64,000 bases of DNA from an uncultured Candidatus Binatia bacterium (GTDB taxonomy: Bacteria > Desulfobacterota > Binatia > Bin18): the NCBI GenBank assembly GCA_965203745.1, contig CBDBDK010000001.1:478180-542179 (forward strand), written 5' to 3'. The stretch's first letter is position 1. The number at the start of each line of letters is the position of its first letter. Under the pieces are notes generated by a model. It had not been told where the DNA came from and searched no databases. It saw only the letters and a program-made list of their open reading frames with translations. Shown here in pieces: positions 39,597 to 49,227 of the stretch. The position numbers and the translations under genes are program-made.

Positions 39597-41074
39597 GGGC
39601 AACCCCCTGTGGCATCTGCTCCAACTAATTGAGATGCAGGGTGTGTGGCGTTGGCCTAGAACAAGTACGTTGAGCATATCGAGGAGTGCGGATAAGCACC
39701 AGTTCGGGCGGGGCAGGGAGGATGGACTTGAGCGGTATGTTGGGGGCGCGGATGCGTGTTCTACGCGAAGGTCTAATGAAGCCCAGTTCGCGCCCTCGCT
39801 CCACAAAGATCTTCACAGGGTCTCTGCCTTCGTAGGCATAGCGGGGGGCATACGCCACCAGCAGCCCGATGGACACCTCGAACGGGTCAACTCCGGCCTC
39901 AGAGGCGACCTCAAGCCGCAGGGCCTGGAGCACCTGGGAGATTATCAACGTTGCCCATATCTGTTGTTGGATGACGACCGGCTTGGCCGACCACAGGAGG
40001 CGCAGCTTGAGGTGGTGCTTGACCAAGGCCAGCGCCATCTCAATGTCCCACCGGCGCGCGTAGACCTTGGCCATGGCTCGAAGCGGGAACGTGTGCGGCT
40101 CCCGCACGTTGGTGATATAGCGGCGGAGCGTTCCGCCCTGTCTGAAAGTCACCAGCCGAACGGCATGGCTGGCCCGGTCCGCCCGGTGGGCCCCCAGCCA
40201 CACGAGGCCGTCAAAGACCGCGCCCCGCTCATAGAACACGTGGATAACCTTGTAGCTGGTCTTCGCTCGCAGCCGACTCAGCCAGTAGTACCCCCGGTCG
40301 GTGAGCCAGTCGAACCAGGCGAAGCCGAAGTAGCCTAGGTCTGCTACTACCAGCGCCCCGGCAGGGAGGGCCGCCACCAAGTCTCGCGCGCCCACCTTCG
40401 CGTTTTGGTGGGGGTGAGGCTGAAAGCTGACTCTCCGCCACTGCTGGCGCCTTATGTCGAACACCCCCGCCAGCTTGCCAGGGAGGAGCCGGCTATCGCC
40501 TGCAGGGACCCCTCTCAGCGCGGGCAGCCGCCTCGACACGGCGTCCAGCGTACTCTCGTCTATGCCCACCACCTCCGGGGCGAAGGGGGCCAGCCTCTCG
40601 GAGACCGCGCCCCGCCCTCGCTCTGCCAGCACCGTGCTGATCTGGCCGAAGAGCCGCTCCAGGGGCGCCGTCCCCGCACTCTGGAGCCGCTTATAGACCG
40701 CTTGGTCTGTCACCGGAAATCGGGGGAAGAACCAGAGCCCCCGTTCCGAGATGAGCCGCCAGACTGCCAGTTGGCTCCCAAAGCCGCGCAGGACGCAGAC
40801 CAGCAGGCCCGCCCACAGAGCCATTGCGGGCAGCACGCGGGGCCGGCCAGGCCCCTTATGCGCGTGGTCTGGCTTCATCTCCGCCAAACACTGGCAGAGG
40901 AACTCCTCTATGCTCCCAATGGTGTCTTGTGGATCGTTGACGCGCTTGGCAAATATCGCCACCTCGTGCCTCCTGCAGAGTACTCATCCTCTTGTACTAC
41001 CCCCAGAGGACAACTCAAAGGGAAAACTGGGCCTTGTCCGAATTAGTTGGAGCAGATGCCACAGGGGGTTGCCC
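39597..41074. mobile_element. IS4-family insertion sequence (about 1.48 kb) with perfect 34-bp terminal inverted repeats
   Basis: gggcaaccccctgtggcatctgctccaactaatt at 39597-39630 is the exact reverse complement of 41041-41074. It encloses a single DDE transposase. No flanking target-site duplication is visible. Confidence 0.8.
39625..40962 (-). CDS. IS4-family DDE transposase (DDE_Tnp_1)
   Basis: 445 aa; ADLGYFGF (D-x-G-Y) and YARRWDIEMAL (Y-x2-R-x3-E) IS4 motifs. Confidence 0.85.
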   Translation of the reverse strand: MAIFAKRVNDPQDTIGSIEEFLCQCLAEMKPDHAHKGPGRPRVLPAMALWAGLLVCVLRGFGSQLAVWRLISERGLWFFPRFPVTDQAVYKRLQSAGTAPLERLFGQISTVLAERGRGAVSERLAPFAPEVVGIDESTLDAVSRRLPALRGVPAGDSRLLPGKLAGVFDIRRQQWRRVSFQPHPHQNAKVGARDLVAALPAGALVVADLGYFGFAWFDWLTDRGYYWLSRLRAKTSYKVIHVFYERGAVFDGLVWLGAHRADRASHAVRLVTFRQGGTLRRYITNVREPHTFPLRAMAKVYARRWDIEMALALVKHHLKLRLLWSAKPVVIQQQIWATLIISQVLQALRLEVASEAGVDPFEVSIGLLVAYAPRYAYEGRDPVKIFVERGRELGFIRPSRRTRIRAPNIPLKSILPAPPELVLIRTPRYAQRTCSRPTPHTLHLN

Positions 41075-41128
41075 GGTGGCTTTTGTCCCGCTCAGCAAAG
41101 TGCTATGGCGGCAGGGGAGGAGGACGTC

Positions 41129-42595
41129 ATGTCAACATCAAAGTCTGCTGCAATCCGAGCCAAGCTGGATCACCCGGTGATTGATTCAGATGGCCATATG
41201 GTCGAATTTGAACCCGGCTTTCTCGACTATCTCAAGCGCGAGGGCGGGGCCTCCATGGTCAAGCGCTTTCTTTCGCCCGAGCGCAACTCCGGGGGGTGGG
41301 GCCGTTTGTTCCGCTGGTATTCCTTGTCGCCTGAAGAGCGGCTGGACCAACGCGCAACGCGCTCGCCCTGGTGGGCGCTGCCGACCAAGAACACCTTGGA
41401 TCGCGCAACCGCCATGCTGCCCAAGCTGCTGTCCGAACGGATGGACGTCATCGGCTTGGACTTTACCGTTCTCTACCCGACGCTGGGCTTACTGTTCCCA
41501 CATATTGAAAACACCGAAATGCGCCGGGCCGCCTGCCGGGCGCTCAATACCTTTCATGCCGAGTATTTCGGCGAGCATGCCAGCCGGATGACCCCGGCGG
41601 CCGCTATTCCCATGCATACGCCGCAGGAGGCCATTGAAGAGCTTGAGTTTGTGGTCCATGAGCTCGGTCTCAAGGCCGTGATGATGGCCGGGCATGTACA
41701 GCGTCCCGTTCCGGTTGTCGAACGGGCTGCCCCGGAGGTTGCCGAACACGCGTTTTGGCTGGATACCTTCTGTTTGGACAGCGCGTATGACTACGATCCG
41801 GTCTGGGCTCGCTGTGTCGAGCTGAAGCTCGCGCCGACCTTTCACTCTCCAGCCATGGGCTGGGGCAGCCGGACCTCCATCTCGAACTATATGTATAACC
41901 ACATCGGACATTTTGCCGCTTCGGGCGAGGCGTTGTGTAAGGCCATGTTCATGAGCGGTGTCACGCGTCGATTTCCGACGCTCAAGTTCGGCTTCCTGGA
42001 AAGTGGGGTTGGCTGGGCGTGCAACCTCTACGCCGACATGATCGGCCACTGGGAGAAGCGCAACGGGAAAAAGATGGACAACTACGATCCGGCCAATCTG
42101 AACACCGAACAGTTGCTTGAGCTGTATCAGCGCTACGGCGGCAAATGGGCCGAGGAGTATCCCGGTCGTCTGATCGATGAAAAAAACCTGATGGGTGGGA
42201 CCCGCGAAGACCCCAACACGCTGGACGACTGGGCGCGCTGCGGTATTGAAACAGCCGAAGATATCAAAGATTTGTTTGTCCCGAATTTCTATTTTGGTTG
42301 TGAAGCCGACGATCCCATGAATGCCACCGCGTTTAATGCCGGGCTGAATCCGTTTGGCGCGCGCCTCAAGGCCATTTTCAGTTCGGACATCGGCCACTGG
42401 GACGTGCCCGACATGGAAGAAGTTCTGGAAGAGGCCCATGAGTTGGTCGAGCACGACGTGATCACCCCAGATGACTTTCGGGATTTTGTCTTCACCAATC
42501 CGACCACACTATGGACGGGGACCAATCCCGATTTTTTCAAAGGAACGGTGGTGGAAGGGGCCGTGGACAAGCTGCTGGCTCAAGAGGCTGCGTAA
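41129..42595 (+). CDS. Metal-dependent amidohydrolase (amidohydrolase-2 / ACMSD-like TIM-barrel family)
   Basis: Start at MSTSKSAAIRAKLDHPVIDSDGHMVE (HxH-like DxH N-terminal metal motif), with a GGGGAGGAGGA RBS. The track ORF 40751..42595 is an artefactual read-through across the IS end. Confidence 0.65.
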   Translation: MSTSKSAAIRAKLDHPVIDSDGHMVEFEPGFLDYLKREGGASMVKRFLSPERNSGGWGRLFRWYSLSPEERLDQRATRSPWWALPTKNTLDRATAMLPKLLSERMDVIGLDFTVLYPTLGLLFPHIENTEMRRAACRALNTFHAEYFGEHASRMTPAAAIPMHTPQEAIEELEFVVHELGLKAVMMAGHVQRPVPVVERAAPEVAEHAFWLDTFCLDSAYDYDPVWARCVELKLAPTFHSPAMGWGSRTSISNYMYNHIGHFAASGEALCKAMFMSGVTRRFPTLKFGFLESGVGWACNLYADMIGHWEKRNGKKMDNYDPANLNTEQLLELYQRYGGKWAEEYPGRLIDEKNLMGGTREDPNTLDDWARCGIETAEDIKDLFVPNFYFGCEADDPMNATAFNAGLNPFGARLKAIFSSDIGHWDVPDMEEVLEEAHELVEHDVITPDDFRDFVFTNPTTLWTGTNPDFFKGTVVEGAVDKLLAQEAA

Positions 42596-42619
42596 CTGCG
42601 CGGGATAAAGAGGAGAAGC

Positions 42620-44308
42620 ATGGCCTACGATCTGTTGATCAAAAACGGAACCGTTGTGGATGGCACGGGTGCGGCCCGCTATCGGGCCGATCTTGGGGTG
42701 GCGCAGGGCCGGATCGCTGAAATTGCGCCAACCGGAACACTCAATGAGAACGCCCCCCGCGTTATTGACGCGTCCGATCTGATCGTCGCTCCAGGCTTTA
42801 TTGACCCTCACACCCACTACGACGCCCAGGTCTGCTGGGACCCGCTGATCTCCTGTTCTTCGTGGAATGGGGTGACGAGTGTGGTGATGGGAAACTGCGG
42901 GGTGGGGCTCGCGCCGTGTCTGCCCGAGAAACGGGAGGTACTGGCCTGGGACCTGGTCAATGTGGAGGGGATGTCCTTTGAGGTATTGTCACAGGGAGTG
43001 ACCTGGGAGTGGGAGAGCCTGGCGGATTTCATGGCTGCTCCGTTCCGGACGGGGATGGGAATCAATCTCGGTTTTCTGGTTCCGCTGTCGCCGATTCGCT
43101 CCTACGTCATCGGGGAAGCCGCCCAGGAACGGGCCGCAACGCCTGACGAGATCCAGCGGATTACAACCCTCCTGCGAGAAGGCGTACAGGCTGGGGCACT
43201 CGGCTTTTCCACCACCGTGGCCACGCAGCACGTGGGCTTCAAGGGCCGTCCTCTGGCGTGTCGCCTCGCCAGTCGGGACGAGCTGCGGGCGTATGCAAAT
43301 GTGCTACGCGACCTCGGGCAGGGTGCGATCGAGGTGAACCTGGGAGGCGCCGGATCATCCATCCTGCCCTCGGGCAGTCCCGAGTTGATTGATTTCCTGC
43401 TGGCCGAAAGCCAACGTCCGGTCACTTGGCTGTCGGTGCAAACGCGGAGCGACCAGCCAACCGCGCACCGCGAGCTGCTGACCAATACCGATGGACTGAT
43501 TCAACGCGGGGGGATTCCTCAGGCGAGTTGCCAACCTACAGAGCTCCAGTTCAATCTGCGCAATCCCTTTATCCTGGGCGCGTATGACGTGTGTCACTCC
43601 CTGTTTAACTGTAGCGCTGAGGAACAGGCGCGAATCTATGCCGACCCGATTTTCCGGGCGGCGTTCCGGGCGGCGTGCACGGCAACGCCCAAAGCCTTCA
43701 GCGGCCAGTGGCAGCAGACCCAGGTGTGCAAGGTCGGCAAACCAACGCATCAGGCGTGGCTGGGGAAGAGCATCGCAGAGCTGAGTCAGCAAGCCGGCAC
43801 CGACCCCTTTGACACCTTTTTCGATCTGGCCCTGGCCGACGATCTGGCGACCGAGTTCTCCCTGGCCATGCTGAATTTTGATCTCGACCTGGTTGAGGAA
43901 GTCATTACGGACCCGCGCGTATTGATCGGCTTGTCGGACGGCGGGGCGCATGTCGATATGCTGTGTAATGCCGGCTATCCGACCTATCTGCTGGGGACCT
44001 GGGTGCGCAGGCGTCAGGCCATGAGTCTGGAACGCGCGGTACAGCGCATCACCTCCGAACCGGCCCAGCTTTTTGGGGTGTTGGATCGGGGCGTGATTGC
44101 AGCCAGTAAAGCTGCGGACTTTGTGGTCTTCGATCCCGACACGGTTGATGCCGGGGAAAAAGTGATGCTGAACGATCTGCCGGGCGGGGAGCGACGCTTC
44201 GTGCAACGCGCCGAAGGCATACACTACGTCGTGGTGAACGGGGAGGTCGTGCTCACTCAGGGCGAGCACTCCGGCGCGCTGCCGGGGCAGATGCTGCGTG
44301 CGGGTTGA
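42620..44308 (+). CDS. N-acyl-D-amino-acid deacylase (D-aminoacylase)-family amidohydrolase
   Basis: MAYDLLIKNGTVVDGTG...APGFIDPHTHYD and a C-terminal DADFVVFD are typical of this family. Confidence 0.8.
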   Translation: MAYDLLIKNGTVVDGTGAARYRADLGVAQGRIAEIAPTGTLNENAPRVIDASDLIVAPGFIDPHTHYDAQVCWDPLISCSSWNGVTSVVMGNCGVGLAPCLPEKREVLAWDLVNVEGMSFEVLSQGVTWEWESLADFMAAPFRTGMGINLGFLVPLSPIRSYVIGEAAQERAATPDEIQRITTLLREGVQAGALGFSTTVATQHVGFKGRPLACRLASRDELRAYANVLRDLGQGAIEVNLGGAGSSILPSGSPELIDFLLAESQRPVTWLSVQTRSDQPTAHRELLTNTDGLIQRGGIPQASCQPTELQFNLRNPFILGAYDVCHSLFNCSAEEQARIYADPIFRAAFRAACTATPKAFSGQWQQTQVCKVGKPTHQAWLGKSIAELSQQAGTDPFDTFFDLALADDLATEFSLAMLNFDLDLVEEVITDPRVLIGLSDGGAHVDMLCNAGYPTYLLGTWVRRRQAMSLERAVQRITSEPAQLFGVLDRGVIAASKAADFVVFDPDTVDAGEKVMLNDLPGGERRFVQRAEGIHYVVVNGEVVLTQGEHSGALPGQMLRAG

Positions 44309-44365
44309 GAGCCGAGCCGGAGCGTTGCCCGACGATCAATCGTCAGCGCGCGGCAAGGAGGGCGC

Positions 44366-45430
44366 ATGAAATTCGCTATTCTCTATAACACCGACTATTA
44401 CCCCGACATCCACGGCTCGGCCGAGCAGTATTATAACCATATTCTGGAACAGGTCGAACTGGAGGAAGAACTCGGCTTTGACGCGGTCTGGTTTGGCGAG
44501 CACCACTACTCGGGCTATTCGTTCGGGTCGCCGCCGGTCATGGCTATGGCGGCCGCCGGCCGGACCAAACGCATTCGGCTCGGGACCGGCATCTCCCTGG
44601 TGCCACTCAATAATCCTATCCGACTGGCCGAAGAGTACGCCATGGTCGATGTGCTCTCCGGCGGCCGTCTGGAGTACGGCATCGGTAGAGGTTTTCTGAA
44701 ATACTCGCATAAAATTTTTGGCGTGGACGAAGCGGAGAATACCGAGCGCTATCACGAGGGGACGGATATTATCTGTCAAGCCTGGACGAGTACGCAGCCC
44801 TTCTCGTATCGCGGCAAATTCTGGGAACTCGAAGACTACACGTTTTTCCCCAGCCCCTTACAAAAGCCCCACCCGCCCATTTACGCTTCCGGGGCGATTA
44901 CGCCCGAGAGTTATCAGTGGGCCGGTCAGCGGGGCTTTCATTTGGCGACCGCCTTTTTCCTCCCCAACCAGGAACACGTCCAGGAGTGTATCGGCCTCTA
45001 CCGTCAAGCGCTCCGGGAAAACAACCATGAGCCGGCCACCCGTGATGTCGCTGGCGTGTATCAGATGTATTGTGGTGAATCGAACGAAGAAGCCCGGCGC
45101 AACGGCGGTCAGCACGCGCTGACGTACTATGCCTTCTTTGGGGCCCTGGCCCAGCGTGGCGCCTTAACCTCTCAGTCGTTCGCCTACCACAAAGGAACGA
45201 TCTCGCATCTCTTTGCCGGGCTGACCTTCGAAGACCTGGACAAGCGCAACTTGGTCCTGGTTGGCGACCCGGATAATCTGATTGAGCGTATCCGCTGGGC
45301 CAAAGAGTTCTACGGTACGAACTATCTGATTCTTGAAATCGCCCAAGGCGGCATGAAGCACGAACATGTCATGCCCTCGCTCGAACGCTTTGCCAAATAT
45401 GTCATGCCCGTATTTCGGGATGAGGAATGA
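44366..45430 (+). CDS. LLM-class flavin/F420-dependent oxidoreductase
   Basis: LGFDAVWFGEHH...GRLEYGIGRG. Confidence 0.8.
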   Translation: MKFAILYNTDYYPDIHGSAEQYYNHILEQVELEEELGFDAVWFGEHHYSGYSFGSPPVMAMAAAGRTKRIRLGTGISLVPLNNPIRLAEEYAMVDVLSGGRLEYGIGRGFLKYSHKIFGVDEAENTERYHEGTDIICQAWTSTQPFSYRGKFWELEDYTFFPSPLQKPHPPIYASGAITPESYQWAGQRGFHLATAFFLPNQEHVQECIGLYRQALRENNHEPATRDVAGVYQMYCGESNEEARRNGGQHALTYYAFFGALAQRGALTSQSFAYHKGTISHLFAGLTFEDLDKRNLVLVGDPDNLIERIRWAKEFYGTNYLILEIAQGGMKHEHVMPSLERFAKYVMPVFRDEE

Positions 45431-45599
45431 GGTATCTCCTCCTCAAAGGGGCGGCGCGTGAGCGCCGGGGTGGGCTCCCTCTCCTCCCGGTCTCTTGCTA
45501 TATGCCCCTAAAATATGAAAGAGTCGGTGCATCCGCCTGCCAGCGGTACGGGCGGGGCAATCTCAAACCGTAAGAACGAGGAAAAAGGGAGGACTGCAT

Positions 45600-46895
45600 A
45601 TGCATATTATGTCTTTCTCGGAACGTGAATACGTCGATGTCTCCGAGGATGCAATCATCGAAAACGGGAGTAGCTATTTTGGCCTTCCCAATACGATGTT
45701 TGATGCCGACCGGGGCGGCCAGCTCATGAATGAATATCTGGACGAGCGGATCTACGCCGAAGAGCTGGGCTTTGACGGTGTCATGCTCAACGAGCACCAC
45801 CAGACCCCGTTTTGTGGTGGTGGGGTCATGGATGTGGAAGCCGCTATTCTGGCCCGGATCACCAAGCGGGTGAAAATTGTCCTGCTCGGCAACCCCCTCC
45901 CGGTGGGCGATCCGCTGCGACTGGCGGAAGAGCTGGCCACGATTGATATGATTTCCGGTGGCCGTCTGGTACCGGGCTGGGTGCGTGGTGCGGGCACGGA
46001 ACAACTCGCCAATAACATCAACCCGGCCTACAATCGGGAGCGCTTTAACGAAGCCCATGACTTTATTCAACAGGCGTGGACGAAGCCGGGACCGTGGCGT
46101 TACGAGGGCAAACACTATCACTACCGAAACGTCAATCCCTGGCAGTTGCCGGTTCAGAAGCCGGTGCCGCAACAGTGGATTCCGGGGTTGATCAGCCCGG
46201 AAACCGTCATCTGGAGCGCTAAACATCGCTATCCCTATGTGGCGCTCGGCACCAATGTCGAATCCACGGTTGAGATGGTGAATCTGTACGCCGATGTCGC
46301 CGAGCAGGAAGGCTATCAGGCCGGACCGGAGAACTTCGGTTATCTGCAGAACGTGTGTGTGGCCGAGACGGAGGAGAAGGCGCATGAGTTGGCCCGGGGC
46401 TTTGTCTTTGGCGGTGGATTCGGCTCGTTTGCCCGTGCCGAGTGGATGTTTCCTCCGGGATATAACTCCAAGGCCGCAACCAAGCGTCTGGCGCAAGCCC
46501 TGACCGATCCGCGCACCGGCGCCGAAATCATCAAGCATACTCAGGGTGAGATTGACGTCGAAGAAATCAAGCGGAGCATTGAATCGGGTTTCCAGGCCTC
46601 GCTCGACAGCGATCTGATTATGGCCGGTACACCGGAGACGGTCATGAAAAAGCTGCGGAAAATGTGCGAAACCCTCCGACCCGGTATCATGGGCCTGTGG
46701 TATCACCACGGTCCGATGAGTTTCGAGCAGCGTAAGACCTGCCTGCGTCTGCTTGGCCAGGAAGTCCTGCCGGCCATGCGTGAGATGGCCAAAGAGCTCG
46801 ACCTGCCCGGACCGTTTGAGGTAACGCCGGGTTCGCGGTCGCTGCCGGCCTCCGGCAAGCGCGAACAGATCGTGCCCGATATCGCCGCGGCTTAA
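45600..46895 (+). CDS. LLM-class flavin/F420-dependent oxidoreductase
   Basis: LGFDGVMLNEHHQ...GGRLVPGWVRG; GGGAGG RBS. Confidence 0.8.
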   Translation: MHIMSFSEREYVDVSEDAIIENGSSYFGLPNTMFDADRGGQLMNEYLDERIYAEELGFDGVMLNEHHQTPFCGGGVMDVEAAILARITKRVKIVLLGNPLPVGDPLRLAEELATIDMISGGRLVPGWVRGAGTEQLANNINPAYNRERFNEAHDFIQQAWTKPGPWRYEGKHYHYRNVNPWQLPVQKPVPQQWIPGLISPETVIWSAKHRYPYVALGTNVESTVEMVNLYADVAEQEGYQAGPENFGYLQNVCVAETEEKAHELARGFVFGGGFGSFARAEWMFPPGYNSKAATKRLAQALTDPRTGAEIIKHTQGEIDVEEIKRSIESGFQASLDSDLIMAGTPETVMKKLRKMCETLRPGIMGLWYHHGPMSFEQRKTCLRLLGQEVLPAMREMAKELDLPGPFEVTPGSRSLPASGKREQIVPDIAAA

Positions 46896-46922
46896 GGCGC
46901 GGCTCAGATTAGACAACGAAAC

Positions 46923-46956
46923 AGGGGCGGTCCGAAGGACCGCCCCTTTCTTTTTT
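46923..46956 (+). terminator. Rho-independent terminator
   Basis: aggggcggtcc-gaa-ggaccgcccct stem followed by TTCTTTTTTC. Confidence 0.7.
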
Positions 46957-46980
46957 CAGGACGGAATTGTCGGCACGGCC

Positions 46981-47061
46981 TTTAGTGAAAGCCCATGAGG
47001 CTATGATAATAATCCCAGTAGCCACGAATGGCGCTCTCGGTTAAGAGATTCTCCTGATTCT
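46981..47061. repeat. 81-bp direct repeat, copy A (a duplicate of the 3' end of the Rieske oxygenase gene)
   Basis: Identical at all 81 positions to 49562-49642. Confidence 0.9.
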
Positions 47062-47117
47062 GTTTTTCTGTGCTACTGATTAGCACTGACACACCGAATA
47101 ACAGTGCAGGGCAACCC

Positions 47118-47432
47118 ATGCTGAGATTAACCGATCAGGAAAAGCAGGAGATTCTCCGATTTCTGGAAGCAGACCGGGAATTACCGGAGAAATACCGTTT
47201 CCTGCTATTCAAGGACAAGCGCGAGGTCGAGTTGGTCTGGAACGGCAAGACCAACGAGGTCTGCAATATCGTACTGCCGTTTCAGACTATTGAGCATGTC
47301 GACGAGCCACGGGCGGAGAAGCCACAAGACACCAAGGCTCAGATGGCGCTCTTCGATGAACGGGGCCGACAACTGCGAGGCTGGACCAATAAACTCAAAA
47401 GGTGGTGGATATCTTCGGCAATGACACCATGA
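47118..47432 (+). pseudogene. N-terminal fragment of an N6-adenine DNA methyltransferase (type III Mod / type IIG-like)
   Basis: VELVWNGKTNEV and GWTNKL match the conserved LxWxGK ... NxLIxGDN N-terminal blocks of these MTases. The ORF stops after 105 aa, before any catalytic DPPY/NPPY region. Confidence 0.4.
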
Positions 47433-47451
47433 CGATTGTGGAGGTATCGGT

Positions 47452-48324
47452 GTGAGGTTCGTCCTGCCGACAATCCGGCACAACCGGAGAGGGTTTGCGG
47501 CGCTCGCGACCCTTCATGCGCAAACCGAGCACTGTTTTGTCGATGATGTCGAGATCGACATGCGGTCAACGAACCGGTTCGACGGCGATATGTGCGCAGC
47601 GTTTGGCGCGATTCTGTACAGCCTGGGAGCCAGTCTGAATACCATCAGTTTGACGAATATCAATTCCAAAGTAGAGAAGATTCTTTCTAAAAACGGCTTC
47701 CTCAGCCACTATGGAGGACAGGAAATGCCCAACCTTCGGGAAACGGCCGATTTCTACGAACGATTCGACATTGGGGACGACCGCTATTTCTCCGCTTATA
47801 TTGAGCGTGGGCTTATCCGTCGTCCTGAAGTGCCAGAGATGTCCGCAGGGTTATTAAAAAAGTTCCGCGAGAGCATCTTCGAGATCTTCAGCAATGCCGT
47901 GCTACACTCTCGCACTGAACTGGGCATTTTCAGTTGTGGACAGTTTTTTCCCGACAGGAACCGACTCGATTTTACTGTGGCCGATCTGGGTATCGGTATC
48001 CGAAAGAATATCTACAACAGTCTCCAGCAAGACTTGTCTCCGGTGGACGCCATCATCTGGGCGACTCAGGAGCACAATACGACCAAACGTGGTAGAGTTC
48101 CCGGTGGACTGGGGCTAACGCTGCTTAGCGAGTTCATCGACCTGAACGGCGGCTGTATTCGGATAGTGTCTGACGCTGGATATTGGCGGCGCAAAAACAA
48201 GCGGACCAAGACGGCTCTATTGGACCAGCCATTTCCAGGGACAGTCGTTAGCGTGGAAATCAACACAGCGGACGACCGCTCTTACAGACTCATTTCAGAA
48301 TTCGAAGATGACGAAATCTTCTAA
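47452..48324 (+). CDS. GHKL-superfamily (histidine-kinase-like / RsbW-like) ATPase
   Basis: N box FSNAVLHS, G1 box VADLGIGI, G2 box GGLGLTL. Confidence 0.65.
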   Translation: MRFVLPTIRHNRRGFAALATLHAQTEHCFVDDVEIDMRSTNRFDGDMCAAFGAILYSLGASLNTISLTNINSKVEKILSKNGFLSHYGGQEMPNLRETADFYERFDIGDDRYFSAYIERGLIRRPEVPEMSAGLLKKFRESIFEIFSNAVLHSRTELGIFSCGQFFPDRNRLDFTVADLGIGIRKNIYNSLQQDLSPVDAIIWATQEHNTTKRGRVPGGLGLTLLSEFIDLNGGCIRIVSDAGYWRRKNKRTKTALLDQPFPGTVVSVEINTADDRSYRLISEFEDDEIF

Positions 48325-48334
48325 GGGATTTCCC

Positions 48335-48700
48335 ATGAGCACAGACGTTGCAGTATCCATATTCGAGGTCGTCGGGAGCCCCTTATGTGTCGCATCGGGC
48401 GATGGCCAGAAGGTACACGACCGTATCGCCGCCTTATTGGAACAAGACCAGCGTGTCTTGCTCTCGTTCCGTAATGTGTCCACGCTGACATCGGCATTTC
48501 TCAACACGGCGATCGGCCAATTATATGGCACCTTCACCGAAGACCGGATTCGGGCTTTACTGACGGTGAAAGACATGGAAGCCGATGATGTTGCCCTGTT
48601 AAGGCGGGTTGTTGATACGGCCAAGCGATACTTTCAAGACCCGGAGAGATTCAACAATGTGGTGCGGGATGTGCTGGAGGATGACGGCGATGGCACATAA
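48335..48700 (+). CDS. STAS-like (DUF4325-like) small protein
   Basis: About 120 aa; VLLSFRNVSTLTSAFLNTAIGQLY pattern; AGGGA RBS 8 nt after the upstream stop. Family assignment is from memory and tentative. Confidence 0.45.
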   Translation: MSTDVAVSIFEVVGSPLCVASGDGQKVHDRIAALLEQDQRVLLSFRNVSTLTSAFLNTAIGQLYGTFTEDRIRALLTVKDMEADDVALLRRVVDTAKRYFQDPERFNNVVRDVLEDDGDGT

Positions 48701-49223
48701 CGTTTCACATGTCGAGCGTTACGACTTCACGTCCGGGGATGCATTATTTTTAGATACCAATATCTGGTTATTTATCTACGGCCCACAAGACCCCGCTAGC
48801 ACTCAAATGTATGCATACTCCTCGGCGTTTCGTCACATCCTGGAAGCGCAAAGCCGTATCTATATCGATGCTCTTGTCATTTCGGAATTTATTAACGCCT
48901 ACGCTCGGCAGCAATGGCACCTTGTTGCACCCAATACGAGGTTCAAGGAGTTCCGCAACAGTCCACGCTTCAAGCCGGTCGCTCGAGAAATAGCCGACAA
49001 TACCAAGCGAGTGCTGAACCACTGCTCGCGGGTCGAAAGTCACTTTGAGACGTTGGACGTAGATGGCTTGATGAACGAGTATGCGGAGGGCGGTGCCGAT
49101 TTTAATGACCAGGTTATCAGGGAGTTGTGTAACAGCCGAGGCTTGAAGCTGGTCACAGATGACGGCGATTTCGATGGGCAAGGAATATCCATAATAACAG
49201 CAAACAGGCGCTTATTGGGCTGA
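48690..49223 (+). CDS. PIN-domain nuclease
   Basis: LFLDTNIWLF (first catalytic Asp), further acidic positions, C-terminal LVTDDGDF. The ATG overlaps the upstream stop (ATGGCACATAA). Confidence 0.7.
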   Translation: MAHNVSHVERYDFTSGDALFLDTNIWLFIYGPQDPASTQMYAYSSAFRHILEAQSRIYIDALVISEFINAYARQQWHLVAPNTRFKEFRNSPRFKPVAREIADNTKRVLNHCSRVESHFETLDVDGLMNEYAEGGADFNDQVIRELCNSRGLKLVTDDGDFDGQGISIITANRRLLG

Positions 49224-49227
49224 TTCC

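Noticed and set aside
40751-42595. 614-aa track ORF spanning the IS right end and the amidohydrolase gene
   Set aside because: The first 126 codons read through the IS inverted repeat and transposase promoter region and have no protein-like features. The true gene starts at the ATG at 41129, which has a strong RBS.
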